A stretch of DNA of 64,000 bases from Entomortierella parvispora E1425. Its lineage: Eukaryota > Fungi > Mortierellomycota. Shown piece by piece: positions 49,701 to 61,227 of the stretch; positions within the stretch are counted from its first letter, which is position 1; each line of letters opens with the position of its first letter. The notes below the pieces were generated by a model that worked only from the letters and a program-made list of their open reading frames with translations, was not told where the DNA came from and did no database searches. Made by a program: the position numbers and the translations under genes. The DNA lies in assembly GCA_020891255.1 (NCBI GenBank), contig BQFW01000009.1, positions 558,001 through 622,000 on the forward strand, in the 5' to 3' direction.

Positions 49701-50132
49701 AAATTCAGCATAGTCCTCTTTGGCTAAAAGCTGCTCCAGTTCCTTGACAGTGGTGACGCTATTCGATGTTGGTGCGGAAGTATGAACTACACAGAATAAG
49801 GCAGGAGGTTAGGAGCAATGCTTCATATCGCCATTGACGAGTTTATGGGTCCACAAGGTAGACGTACATCTGTTCTTCCACTGAAGACGAGGGGTTGAAG
49901 GCGATTGGCTGTTCCACATATGGGAGTTTGTGCGTCTTGAGGACCGGGAGAGAGTGGAGAGGGTTGCGGACTGAGTCGCGGCATGGCGAGCATGGTTCTG
50001 TTGCAGAACGACAGCTCTAGATGGCTGGAGGAGAAGAGGAGTCGGGAAAGGCTGCTGCGCCTGAACTCGGGAGGAGACAGCCCTTGCCAAGGGTGACCCG
50101 GTCTTTGCAGTGGTCCTGGCCAGTGAATGCAT
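46799..50132 (-). CDS. Pentatricopeptide-repeat (PPR) protein, probably mitochondrial; exons 50132-49868, 49786-49143, 49066-46799
   Basis: R/S/A-rich presequence ending RFHTSA; PPR-like units RPLKSTYYTLMTTIAR, GVERDATLYQALIGA, PVSAEIFEGLLNCC, WYVPMVKAC..LLETMKSQGM; in-phase GT-AG introns. Confidence 0.8.
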
Positions 50133-50507
50133 TACTGATCAGAGGCCGTTGGGGGAGGAATATGCTGGTGCGGCAGTCGCCTGATCGTCTCGTCAAAACA
50201 AAAGGGTGCAGTAAGGGGTTGGGTCAATCTGGCCACGCAAAGGACAAAGGAAGGGATGCGCACTAGCCAGAGAGTCTAGAACGCAGTGCCGTGGGTATGC
50301 AGAGAGGACAGAGGGATGAAGAAAGGAAAGAGGAGCAGGTTCGATGCGATGTCTCTATGGATGCATGCGGGTGTTGATCTTTGTTTTGTGACTTGCTTAG
50401 TTCAATATAGTCACGTGCGCTGTTCTTGCATCCAAAAAAGGCGCGCTGCTCCGCCCCACTTGTTCTTCAGCTTCCTCACGTCTTCAAAGTTCAACACATT
50501 CGCCACC

Positions 50508-52952
50508 ATGGACCAGGAAGAGGAAACACCCCGTGAGCAGTTCATGGGCAGCCAGGAGATCCTCTCGACTATCGAATGGGTCGACGTCCTCATGGACCAC
50601 TCGGAATCCCTCGACGCCATCGCTCTCTTTGACATGCACATCACCTGCGTGCTTAAAGGTAACTCAGTCGAGTCTCTTGGTCACCTTTCTAGCAAGAGAA
50701 TCTTCAATCTGCTGCGCATTTTTCATCCGCAGTGGGTCCTAACCGAGAGATTTCACCATAGCGCTCAAGGAGTTGAAAGCCAAAAAGTTCTCGCGGTTCT
50801 TGAAAGACACAGTTATGACACTTACGCGACCAGTCAAGGCCCTTCATCGAATCCATGAATACATTCTTGCAGAACCTGACTCTGACATTGCCAAGCGTGC
50901 TCATGAGGACAAGGACCTGTTTTCGAACTTTGAGGAGCGCATCTTGGTCTCTGTGCAGAGACTAGTTGAGCTAGTTGTTGGACTTTGGGATGGGAAACAG
51001 GTGAGACACCTGAATGACACTCTACGCTACATTTTTTTTCTTTGTTTATTTCTTGACAATCAACTGGCAACGAACACGCTTGATCTTGATAGACATTTGA
51101 ACTCAAGCTGAGCCCTGAACAGGAGAATGAAATCAACAACCAACACTATCTTTTAGTATACCTGATCTTAATGGTCCTGGATCAGTGGGTGGCGCTTGAA
51201 GATATGGAGGCGTCAACTGCCTACTTTGAATACGCACACCCAAAGTACAGAATGTTTTCGTCTCGTGGACCTGGACATGCACCTGAGCCAAAGAAAGACA
51301 CTGGAAGCACATTTAAACATCTTCAAGTCATTATGGCAAGTCTATACTCTGATTGTACTCGACTTGGATCCTCGTTGATGGAGTTGCACAGATCTAACTC
51401 GAAACTCTGGTCAAACAGAAACTTTGTTCTCAATGTCATCTCTCAATTCAAAATCTTTTGACCTGGAAACCCACCCCAGGTAAGGATGCTCGACAAAAAG
51501 GCTAGATCTTTATACTCTAGTAGACCTGACTGGCTGAACAATGCTGCTTCTTGTTAGTATTCTCGACAGGCGTCGATGAAAACGATGACAGTTACGATGA
51601 AGAGGCGCTCATTGAAGACAACTACCCGCTCTCGGAAACCGGCATCACCACTCTGACTGCAGGAATGATACACGTCATGACCTGTCCATCTGATCACAAA
51701 GGGCACCCTTCAACATATACCCTACCCTTGACCTTGGCTCAGGACTGGTTCTTTACCCATGCAGGAGGACTAGCCAGCGCATTTCTCAGCAGTGATGAAT
51801 CGCTGCTGGCAATGTCCGATAAGGCTCTCTCCGTCTTGCTATATGCGATCGACCGTGTTCCATTTGACAGTTTCAAGCTAGAGTTGCTGGACTATTGCTC
51901 TGTGGATAGTTCACTTGATCGAATGGGGCTATTCCAAATTTTTCAGGTCATGGTGACATTTGCGTCTACTTGTCCCATCTCCAACTTGAGATTTTATTGT
52001 TTTCAAGGACTGGACCGACTACTCCAAGCCAGTGAAGATTCTGTCCGACTGTATCTTTTGAGCCAACTGGTCTCCTCTTCTTGTCCTTTCGAGTCTATGC
52101 GTGCTGCGTCTGTGAACCTGGTCAAGGGTACAGTGGAAAGGGCATTTTCAAAGATGGACAGGGCTCGGGCTGCCAACGAAGCTGCCCTGAGATCTGCTGG
52201 CGACAATCCAGAGTCTGCAGAGCCCAATATGACGATCCTTGTCCAGAGCCCTTTCACAAGCCCAATGCTTCTCAAGACCTTCCAGGATGAAATCTGGAGA
52301 CTTGAAAAGTTCAAGGATGCCCAGCAAGATCCAATGCGAAGCGAAAGCGCATGGCGGGATAAATACGATCGGTTAATGCATAGCTTGAACTTTTACCTGT
52401 TCTTGTTGATGCGCGATCCTGAAGATGACAATGTTGTAAGTCACCCATTCTGGTTATCTGGATTTGTTTGTGTAATGTGAGGCCAAGTTTTATTAATGCT
52501 CCCACCTGATCAACTGATAGACCGAGGTGTGGTCCACATCCAACCTAGAAGAGACACGCAACTTGTTTCTGGAGCCGCTTTCTGACCGTGTCCAGGAGCT
52601 CAAGGAGGAGAACATTCGTAGACTTGCGCAGGCAGAGCAGGAGCAGGACCTGGAGCTAGGTGATGGTGAAGATGACATTCCTGGGGCCCCAGGAATGCTT
52701 CCTCCTCTCAAGGCCAAGAACGGGGTAGTGAACTTTGATATCGACATGGACAGCGATGACGAGGACGACGATGTTCAGCCCGCTGTGCCTGGTCAAACAA
52801 AGGAGTCGGCCTTGGAGCTGAACCAGAGTATCATGAAACTCGAGTTGATGGATGAGCTGCTGGAGCGGATCCAAGAGCTGACCACCGAGTCGAGAGGGAG
52901 CGATGACAACGACAGCGGGGGCGAGGGTACAGAGTGGGTCGCAGCGAAATAA
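50508..52952 (+). CDS. Ybp1/Ybp2-glomulin-ALF4 family helical protein; exons 50508-50658, 50762-51000, 51093-51335, 51419-51479, 51570-52435, 52521-52952
   Basis: LRFYCFQGLDRLL..SCPFESMRAASVNLVKG and LMHSLNFYLFLL family-type motifs; the model needs one GC-AG intron (51336-51418). Confidence 0.75.
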
Positions 52953-53112
52953 AGTGACTTGTTAAGGGTGTAATGTCACCAAGGTCGGTTCTCTCCCCCA
53001 CTCAATGCATGCATGTCTCGCAAGTCGTGGTCTTTCCTCATTCCCAGCTCATTTTATCTGTCTTGTTCATCTGCATTTCCTTCTTTTCAACTTTACCCCC
53101 TGCCTGTACACC

Positions 53113-53895
53113 ATGTCCTTTATGAACTCGCGACAGAGGTACTGCCGCTGTGCCTTCTCCCCTCTGTTACCCTCATGACCTACTTCGTTCAACTAACAAC
53201 GACTCGTTATCCGCCACGTTGCATCTCTTTCGATTTGATCAACTCTTCATTCATCTACGTAGACAACAAAATGCATGGCAAAGGAATCAACTCTTGCCCA
53301 CACACACCAACTCTGGCCGGAGTTCACCCTATGACCCCTCAAAGATGACCGACCGGGACTTGCTCTCACTCGAGAGCCAGAACGATGAAGAGCTTTCAGG
53401 GTTGCATTCCAAAGTAGCCATGCTGAAAAAGGTAAAAAAAAAAAAAAAAAGGGCCTAATCAACTTCCCTCATCTCCTTGCACTTGTCTTGTGTATTTATA
53501 AAACTGTTTTTTATTTGGAGGATCGTCTACTAATTTTGGAACATGGGCATAGATCACAATGGATATCGGCCATGAGGTGCGCGACTCGACGTCCTTCCTG
53601 GGCGATCTGGTAAGACCTCTTTTCTCTTTCTTTTTTTTTTCTCTCGGGCGGCGTCGACTTTCTGTCTTCTTGCTTGGAATCAAAAGAGAGACATACAAAA
53701 AACTGAACCCCCCTTTTTGCTCCTTTTGTATCCTTTTAGGATCAAGACTTTGGACGGACAGGAGGCTTGCTTAATTCGACGTATACGCGACTGAAGGTGA
53801 TGGCCTCGACACAGAACGGACGGTACATGTGCTACATGATCATGTTCTGTGTCTTTGCTCTGATCTTTGCCTACTTTTTCATTTATCGCCGATAA
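53113..53895 (+). CDS. BET1: Bet1-like Qc-SNARE; exons 53113-53138, 53263-53431, 53553-53609, 53740-53895
   Basis: LESQNDEELSGLHSKVAMLKKITMDIGHEVRDS SNARE heptad; C-terminal TM MCYMIMFCVFALIFAYFFIY. Confidence 0.85.
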
Positions 53896-54417
53896 ATGGA
53901 GAAGCAAACAGACAGACACGGGCCATGAAAATGAAATTCGTGATCTGTCAGCACAAACAGGATTGAGGGACGCATCAACTAATAGAACAGGAGCAACGCA
54001 GGGGGGCATGTCAAAAAAAAAGGGAACGCGGGATGTTGGTGCAACGTCTCCCGTTCTTTCCACTGTTCTCGACCAATCTCGCGGCGACAAGTCTTTTGGG
54101 AGTGGATTGCAATTTTTTTTCTTTTGTCATTTTCCTCCAGCCCCATGTTAGTTTCGTACCTCCTTACTACTCATAGACATCCTATCTATCAGCCATCTCT
54201 TGTTTTCTCTTACTACCTCTTACTCTGCTTGTTTCATTAATCGCGCCAAACAAATACACACAACTAGTAGACTATCTTCTTGACTTGATATTCATGTCTT
54301 TGTGGGTAATGACAGATCTTCAGAGTATGTAGAAAGGTATATTTGCGCTAGATGGACAACACCGATAGATAACTAAAGGACGTCGACTGGAGTCTACGAA
54401 GACATACAGGTATTTGT

Positions 54418-55748
54418 CTAGAGAGCAAAAGCCAGGAAGCTCATGGTGACCACGGCCGACCACATTGTTCCCTTGGCGATCACGTTCAAAGATCCCTTGT
54501 TCTCGAGACTTCCACCATCAGCATTCGTGGGCCTGGCAGACTTGACCTTTGCCTGACAGACAGTCTTTCCTTTGGCACTGGCCTTCACCTTGGACAGGGT
54601 CGAGCAGTCGAAATCGTTACTACTGGATAGGACTGACATGCCGCCCTTGACGGTCGTGACGGCGGGCAGGGAGACGGTGGAGAAAGCGCCACGCATATTC
54701 AAAACTCCCGAAATATCCTTCAACTGTCGGAACCCATCCACGACTGTCAGTTCTGTGTTGTTGGCGATCAAGAGTGCGCCCCCGATGGCGGTCAAGTCCG
54801 AGAAGGAAATGTTGGACAATTTATCGTTGGAGACAATGCTCAGGGTCTGACCCACGCTCTTGAGATGGGGTATCACAATGGAGGTCAGACTTGTTTCGTC
54901 AAACGACAAACTGGCCGAGACAGTCGACAACACTGGCAACTGAAGATCTGTCAAATGGCGGAACGTGCAGTTGGACGCTGTTGTCAAGTTTGTCAGGGAG
55001 AGAATGGTACCTCCCGGACTTGTAGTAGAATCAGCGGAAGGGGTGGAAGAAGAAATAGAGGAAGCAGCGGAATACTTGGAGTCCGATAGACCGTTGGCGG
55101 CGATAACAAACTTGCCAGAGACGGATTGCAAATGGCCCATCTCAATAGTCTTTAGATACTTGTTGTTACTAACGCCCAGATCTGTGGCCTTTTGCAAAGT
55201 AGACCAAGGCAACTGACCAGAATTATCCAAGCCTGTATCCTCCAACGTGAGACTGCCCAGAGAGTCGATTGTACTCAGGGACAATTGACGCAGGTTAGGC
55301 GCCGTGATGATTTCCAAGGCATGAAGGCTTTGCAAGCTTGGAAAACTAACAGCAGAAAGGACAGTGTTGTTGTAAAGGCGAATGGATCCCGTGGATGCCT
55401 TGAGACCTTCCAAGGCAAAGGTCGAGAGATGGGGGTTGGATTTGACCTGGATAGATCCTGTCAGAGACTGAAGCGCAGGCCAGGAGATGGCGGTGATGGC
55501 CGGGCCAGAGATTGTGACAGTACCACTGAACGTCGAGCAGGCTGCCAAGGACGCAAGGTCCGCCTCGGAAGCAACCACGACTTGCTTGGCACATCCTTCT
55601 AAAAATGTGAAAAAAAAAAAAAAAAAAAAATTCAATATGGACACATAGAGGTTGTTTTGAAGATCGAAAGAGCCACGTTACCTTGCTGTGCTGAGGCTAC
55701 AACGGCTGCCGAGACCAAGACGAGGAGACTGGATGTGAAGCGAGTCAT
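54418..55748 (-). CDS. ECM33: Ecm33/Pst1/Sps2-family GPI-anchored cell-wall protein (receptor L-domain-like LRRs); exons 55748-55682, 55598-54418
   Basis: Signal peptide MTRFTSSLLVLVSAAVVASA; repeated LxxxxG.xxI..N..L units; hydrophobic GPI-signal C-terminus. Confidence 0.85.
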
Positions 55749-56429
55749 TGTTCAAAAGCTAACACAAAGTCGGTGAAGAGGATGCTGCGGAAAGCGGATG
55801 ATGATGTGGCTGTTGGTGAGGTAGGATGATAAAAAAAATGGCAACACTGGCGCCTTGAATCTCTTTATACTTTGTTATGACCTGTGCAAAAGCGAGGATC
55901 TGCTTATTCCGAGCTAGGATAGAGAGAGAGACAGAAAGTAGGCAGACTCGGAGGAATAGGACCCTCTAGAGGCCAGGCATGTTCGAAAAAGGCAGGTTCG
56001 AATAAGATGCCGTCGGATCCTGGGCGCCAGAGTCAGAACCCGACCAGAATCAAGTTCCTGTTCCTATCCGATCGGTTCGCACTTTTGGGTTCGACTCTGA
56101 CACATTGGGGCATGTGCGCTTGTTCAGTTCTTGACCAGCAAACACACTAGGTCTTGACTAACAAACAGACGAGTCGCTGCTGAAGAAGAGAAAGGGTCCG
56201 AGAGGTGAGTAAAGGCAGCAGCAACAAAAGAACAAGAGGTCGAGTGCTGTGCTATCTTTGGAGATCATTTCCGGTCAAATTGCTCGCAAAAGCAAACCTT
56301 CCTTGCCCCTGGGGCCAGCCTTACTCTCCCACGCTTGTTGACGCCCGCTCTTTGGCCGTGTACTTGCCCTCCGTTTCTCTTCTTTCTCCACCTCGGCTTC
56401 ACCTGTTTGCATCTCTTGCATTCCGTTTG

Positions 56430-56459
56430 TTCGTTTCGTTTCGTTTCGTTTCGTTTCGT
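56430..56459. repeat. (TTCGT)6 pentanucleotide microsatellite in the leader of the Rieske gene
   Basis: Six perfect units read directly. Confidence 0.9.
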
Positions 56460-56597
56460 TTGTCTGTTCATTTCATCCTTACATCCCTGCTTCCATCTCG
56501 ACTCATCTCTTCATTCCAGCCCTTCCTTGACCCAACTCAAGCTCGGGCCACACTCCATTCTACTCTAGCCTCGCATCTGATTCCAGTTTTCTCGCTT

Positions 56598-56629
<32 letters not shown>

Positions 56630-56646
56630 CTCTCCTCGTTTCTGCT

Positions 56647-57396
56647 ATGTCCGAGTCCACTTCCTCCACTCCTCTCAAGCCCGTTGTTGCCTTAGCAGAG
56701 GATTCCTTGGTTAGCTCATTGTCCACCTTGGCTGTCAAAGACGACGCCGTCCCTTCCACATCCTCAACTCCCGCCACCCCAACAGTCCCTTCCGCACAGT
56801 CCGAGACATCCGCAATTGCTCTGGAACAGCCAGCCTCAGCCCCTTCAACAACCCCTGCAGCGTCCACCCCCTCGACCACCTCCGCCTCCGCTACCAACGA
56901 CTCCACCGTCACTGCCACCGATGCCACTACTACCACTACCACAAAGGCAGAGGCCATCCCCACCGTCATAGTCCAAACCCCTCAGGAGCCAGAAGAGGAA
57001 GAACTCTCGGAGGAGGAAGCAAAACTGAGAGCCAAAGGCCTCAAGAGCACCCATCGCCCCGGATTTTTCATCCACATCGATTCGCCCAAACGACTCCGCA
57101 TCCAGACCAAATCAAAAACCTTTGATCTGGACCGGTATTGCCCCCACGCCCATGCCGACATGCTGAAATGGGTACGTCTTTTTTTTTTCTTGCCTAGCTC
57201 GTCATTCTGTTTGTGAAGACCTTCCCTATTAATACTCTTATGTAAACTATCTTAGGGAGTGCTGCGAGGCGACATGACGCTGCGGTGTGGTGTCCACTAT
57301 TGGGGATTCGATCTCGTCAAGAATGGCCAGTGCATCGCCCATCCGGACGAGACTTTGAACGCTTGTCCGGTAGCAGACTCCGAGTTGGAATGGTAG
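56647..57396 (+). CDS. Stand-alone Rieske [2Fe-2S] domain protein with an S/T/A/P-rich N-terminus; exons 56647-57171, 57256-57396
   Basis: Spliced DRYCPHAHADMLKWGVLRGDMTLRCGVHYWGFDL gives the C-x-H...C-x2-H ligand set. Confidence 0.85.
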
Positions 57397-57533
57397 AACA
57401 ATAATATGATACATTTACTACATATAAAAAGAACATTATAGTACACATCGAGAAGATGCTATCGTGAATAGGTACTCTGATCCTTCGACCAGTTTCCAAC
57501 TGTAGGGTGCGGCATACAGCTTTCTGGAATAGT

Positions 57534-59271
57534 TTATCGACGACGAGAGTCAGGGTCATGGCGATCTCGAGATGAAGCGCTGCTCCTTTCTCTCTTTCTG
57601 TCATCAGAATGGCTGCGTCCAGAGCGGCCATCATCGCGGGACGGCCTGTTTCGGTAGTCATCTCCATGGTTATCGTTTCTCCGATGCGATCCATCCTTAT
57701 CTTTGTCATGTTGATCTCTGTGACCATCCATACGGCGATCATCCTTGTGGTACGAGTATCGATCATCTCTGCTTCCATATCGGCTGTTATTATTGTCACC
57801 AGAGTGGCCATTTTCAGTTCTGTTGGCAGCTCCAGAGCCGTTCTCGTACCTAGACCCACGATCACGGTACGAAAACGAATGAGCGCTCTTGGTAGCCGCT
57901 GGATTAAATTGTTGATTGTATGCGCCTCTTCGGTCATCCACTGCCGCCTTGGAGGGTGTAGGGTTGGTCAGTGCTCTGGCTTTTTTCCTTTCCGCCAGTT
58001 CTCGTTCCTTGCGCTCCTTTCTCAACATGTCCATCTTTGTCATCTCCTTTGGAGGTGCAGTCTATTTTATAACATGGCAGAAAGTACATGAACAGATGGT
58101 CAGTGGCAAGCTCCGACTCTCTGTATCCTTCCTCCATTACAAAAAGTAGAGCTTACGCCGTCAGCATCTGCCTTGCGAGCTAGATTGTGACTCGAACGTC
58201 TTTGACTTGAAGGAGAGGGGCTTCTATTCCGTTTGGCATTCTCTTTCTTTTTCAGCATGACCTTCATGGTCTGGAGCGGATCTTGGCGACTCTTTGAGTA
58301 GTCATGATCATCTCTAAAGAACGTTCGATCGATTAATTTGTAAGTATGTTAGGGTGGGGTCGCATGTAATCCATCGAAATCATGCCTATTTTTTTTGTTT
58401 GAATTTTCTTACTTTTTAGCAGGGGCAGTCTTGACGTCCGAGCTCAACTTGTTGTACCATGGTGAAGGCCCCTTGACGACCTGGTCCAGACGGGTCGAAG
58501 GAAATTGCGGGCGACGTTCCTCTGTCTTCTTGTCCACAGGCGCTTCTTTTAGTTTGGGTGCCAAATTCTTGCTATCCTAATAGGCATAGCGAAAAAGTAC
58601 AAGGCGTTAATGGAAACAAAACTTCGCAAATTTTCTCAGCAGAGTACAGGAGAGAAGATATAGGGGAGTGGAGGGAAAGAAGAATGATACGTTGATGGGT
58701 TGCTTTTGTCCTTACAATATCTTCTAACTCTGGCCAAAAGTTGATATGCTCCTGTTTGGTCGGGGGAGGAACTGCAGCTTGTGTCTCTCCATGTGCAAGA
58801 TAAAGTTGAAGCCCTTCACCATCGCCACTCTCCTTGCCTGAAGAATCCACATCCACAATGTCGTTGGCTAACCGCCTTCGAGACCGCTCCCGCAAGACAT
58901 TGAGTCGATGTTCACGGTCCTGAGAACAAAAGAATAGAGTGCAAACATGTGTAAGTTGAAGTCAGATCGACACTGGAAAAAATAGCACAAAAATAATCAG
59001 AAATAGTAAAAACGGTTCATTTACTGCAGCGATAGCGCGTTCATCAATCTTGGCTTGCTCTGCTTCTGCATGGGCCTCATCCTGTCGGACCTTGTCCCTA
59101 TTTTTCTGGTTGTAGACGTGCCAACTATATTGGAAAGAGGTGGCAAGTGCGGGTGGCGAAGTCAGTTGGTCGGAATGCACTTAAATGGAACCACATCTGT
59201 TATGCCGTCTAGTCCAATAGTTGCAACGTTCGGGCTACTTTTAGTTACCTCTTGTGCGGCAGGATATTCAT
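57534..59271 (-). CDS. LENG1-like / Cir_N-domain spliceosome-associated protein with an R/D/S-rich tail (multi-exon)
   Basis: Exon 59271-59249 plus exon from 59124 give MNILPHKSWHVYNQKNRDKVRQDE; later HINFWPELE and R.ERERELAER; internal exon limits not all resolved. Confidence 0.8.
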
Positions 59272-59436
59272 TGTCGTCTATGCAGGGTCCAACGGAGGGG
59301 AATGAGAGAAAGGCACGGAAAGTGCATGCACCCTCATTCCTTTATGTAATTGATTAAGGGGTAAACATTTAGGCGCGCTGTCAAGATCGTCTTTTTTTTA
59401 TTCTTTTGAACCTGCTGTCCACAACGAACTGGATAT

Positions 59437-60734
59437 CTAGCCGCGATGCATTCCACGCTTGCCGCTTCTACAGTGATTTAAATGGATATATTAGTAAATA
59501 TTTCCTGAAAGAAAGTGTACTACTGACAACTTTGTAGATAACTTACCTCTTCGGTCCGCCAAACATGCGCTCGTACTCGCCAGAAAACTCTGGACTTTGG
59601 AATTGGTGCTGGTCGCTCATTTCGTAATCCATCATGTGCGAGCTTCCAGGCCCCAATCTGCGATTCTTTCCAAGTGGAAGGCCGGAGCCATCCTTTCTTG
59701 CCTTTTCCACTTCCTTCTCAAACGCTTCCCTTGCGAGCTTGTCCCTTTCATTGTTCTCTTTGACTTCGGCCATCTTGGCGCTCAAAGTCTGCAATAGGGA
59801 CTCTGAAGTTTTCGTCCTAAAACAGAAAAGGAATCAATTGTTTTCAGACAAAGTGGTGCAAGATATACTGCAATTGGTGATATTGGGTGAATAAACCTAC
59901 CAGTCATTGAGAATCTTGACCATGACCTCAGCCTGTCCCGGTCGCAAGTCTCTACCCATGGCCGAGTGAACCTCGACCAGCTTCAGCTTTTGGTCCAAGC
60001 TCGCATTAATGACATTCTGATAGATGGCGTCCATGATCAAATCCTCCAGCTGGCGAACGTTTGCAATCTCGAGGTATGTCAACAGGTCGTTATAAGGAAG
60101 GGCCTAATGAAGGTATCAAGGACAATGATTAGGGCTCATTCCATTAGAATATCAAAGCTGGCCAGTCAAGAAATTTACCCTCGTCTGTTCTGAAAGTGTG
60201 ACAATTGACAATTGCTGCAGCTTGGTCCTCTGGACATCATTGATCTCGGGAAGTGTTGCCTTGTTTTCTATTTGTTGGGAGAGCAAAGCCATTTTGTCAA
60301 GATTTGCGTGGTGAAAATAATCTCGCCCTTTTTTTTTTTTTTTTTTTTGATAGTTATATCGCCTTACGCTGATAATCCTGGAATGTTCCGTAGGCGAAAA
60401 TCTCGAGGAGTCGATGGAAGCGGCTGTGCTCAGGACTGTTCTTCAACTGTATATCATTGAACGCGTCATCCAGCCATGAGTACGTTTTCTTGCTATCTGC
60501 TCAAAGACGATCCGATATTGGATGAAGGAAACAATTGTCTTGGAAGCTTACCTCAACCACATTGGGCATATCCAAGAGTTCTCCAAAGACCATCACGCCT
60601 GGCGCAGCCAAAACATCTCTGATAAGTTGAGCGCATGCAGCTCCTTTGGCCGACTTTGAGAGGGCCAGATAGGGCTCCAATCGCTGGCCAAAGAGAGACT
60701 TGAAAGATTCAGCTGGCTTATCGGTCGAGGTCAT
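59437..60734 (-). CDS. CSN7: COP9 signalosome subunit 7 (PCI domain, multi-exon)
   Basis: [41 protein letters not shown]; [35 protein letters not shown]. Confidence 0.9.
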
Positions 60735-60925
60735 AATGGCTGTAGGTGGGTTCAAGGTGCCGGTGCTTTGAAGCATACAGATGGGTGGGGATAGGTTCTC
60801 TGCTGTTTGAAATGAGTCGGGCACACGAGAGCGACGCGACTGCGGATGAAAGAGGTGGAGGTGATGTCGAGGCTAGGTCCTGATTTACGCACGAGCGAGT
60901 CCTGGTATAGAATGAGAGTCGTCCT

Positions 60926-60987
60926 TGGAGGTCGAGTGGAGGTCGAGTGGAGGTCGAGTGGAGGTCGTGGGTCGAGGTGAGGTCGGG
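60926..60987. repeat. 11-bp tandem repeat (TGGAGGTCGAG)3 plus degenerate copies in the CSN7/CYM1 divergent promoter
   Basis: Perfect units at 60926, 60937, 60948; partial at 60959; further GGTCG copies to ~60987. Confidence 0.9.
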
Positions 60988-61227
60988 AGGCAGAAGACAG
61001 GGGGCAGAGTGAAGGAACATGCCAATGGCACAGACGAATGTTCGCCCCTGCAATGCATGCGCCACCATGAAGGCAGAAGGCTGCACGTGACAGGGGACTG
61101 CTCCTTCCATATCGGGTTGTTGCGCCGGCTGCATCCTCGACCTCGACCAAATCGCCTTTTCAGTTGCATTCGCCCCAGGAACCAACCGAACCAACCCCAC
61201 CTTCGCCCTACTCGACACCTCCCCGCC

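Noticed and set aside
56087-56097. tRNA T-loop (GGGTTCGACTC)
   Set aside because: No T-stem, anticodon arm or acceptor stem can be formed around it.
50508-60734. Functional cluster of cullin-RING regulators (glomulin-family gene and CSN7)
   Set aside because: Four unrelated genes lie between them; chance proximity is sufficient.
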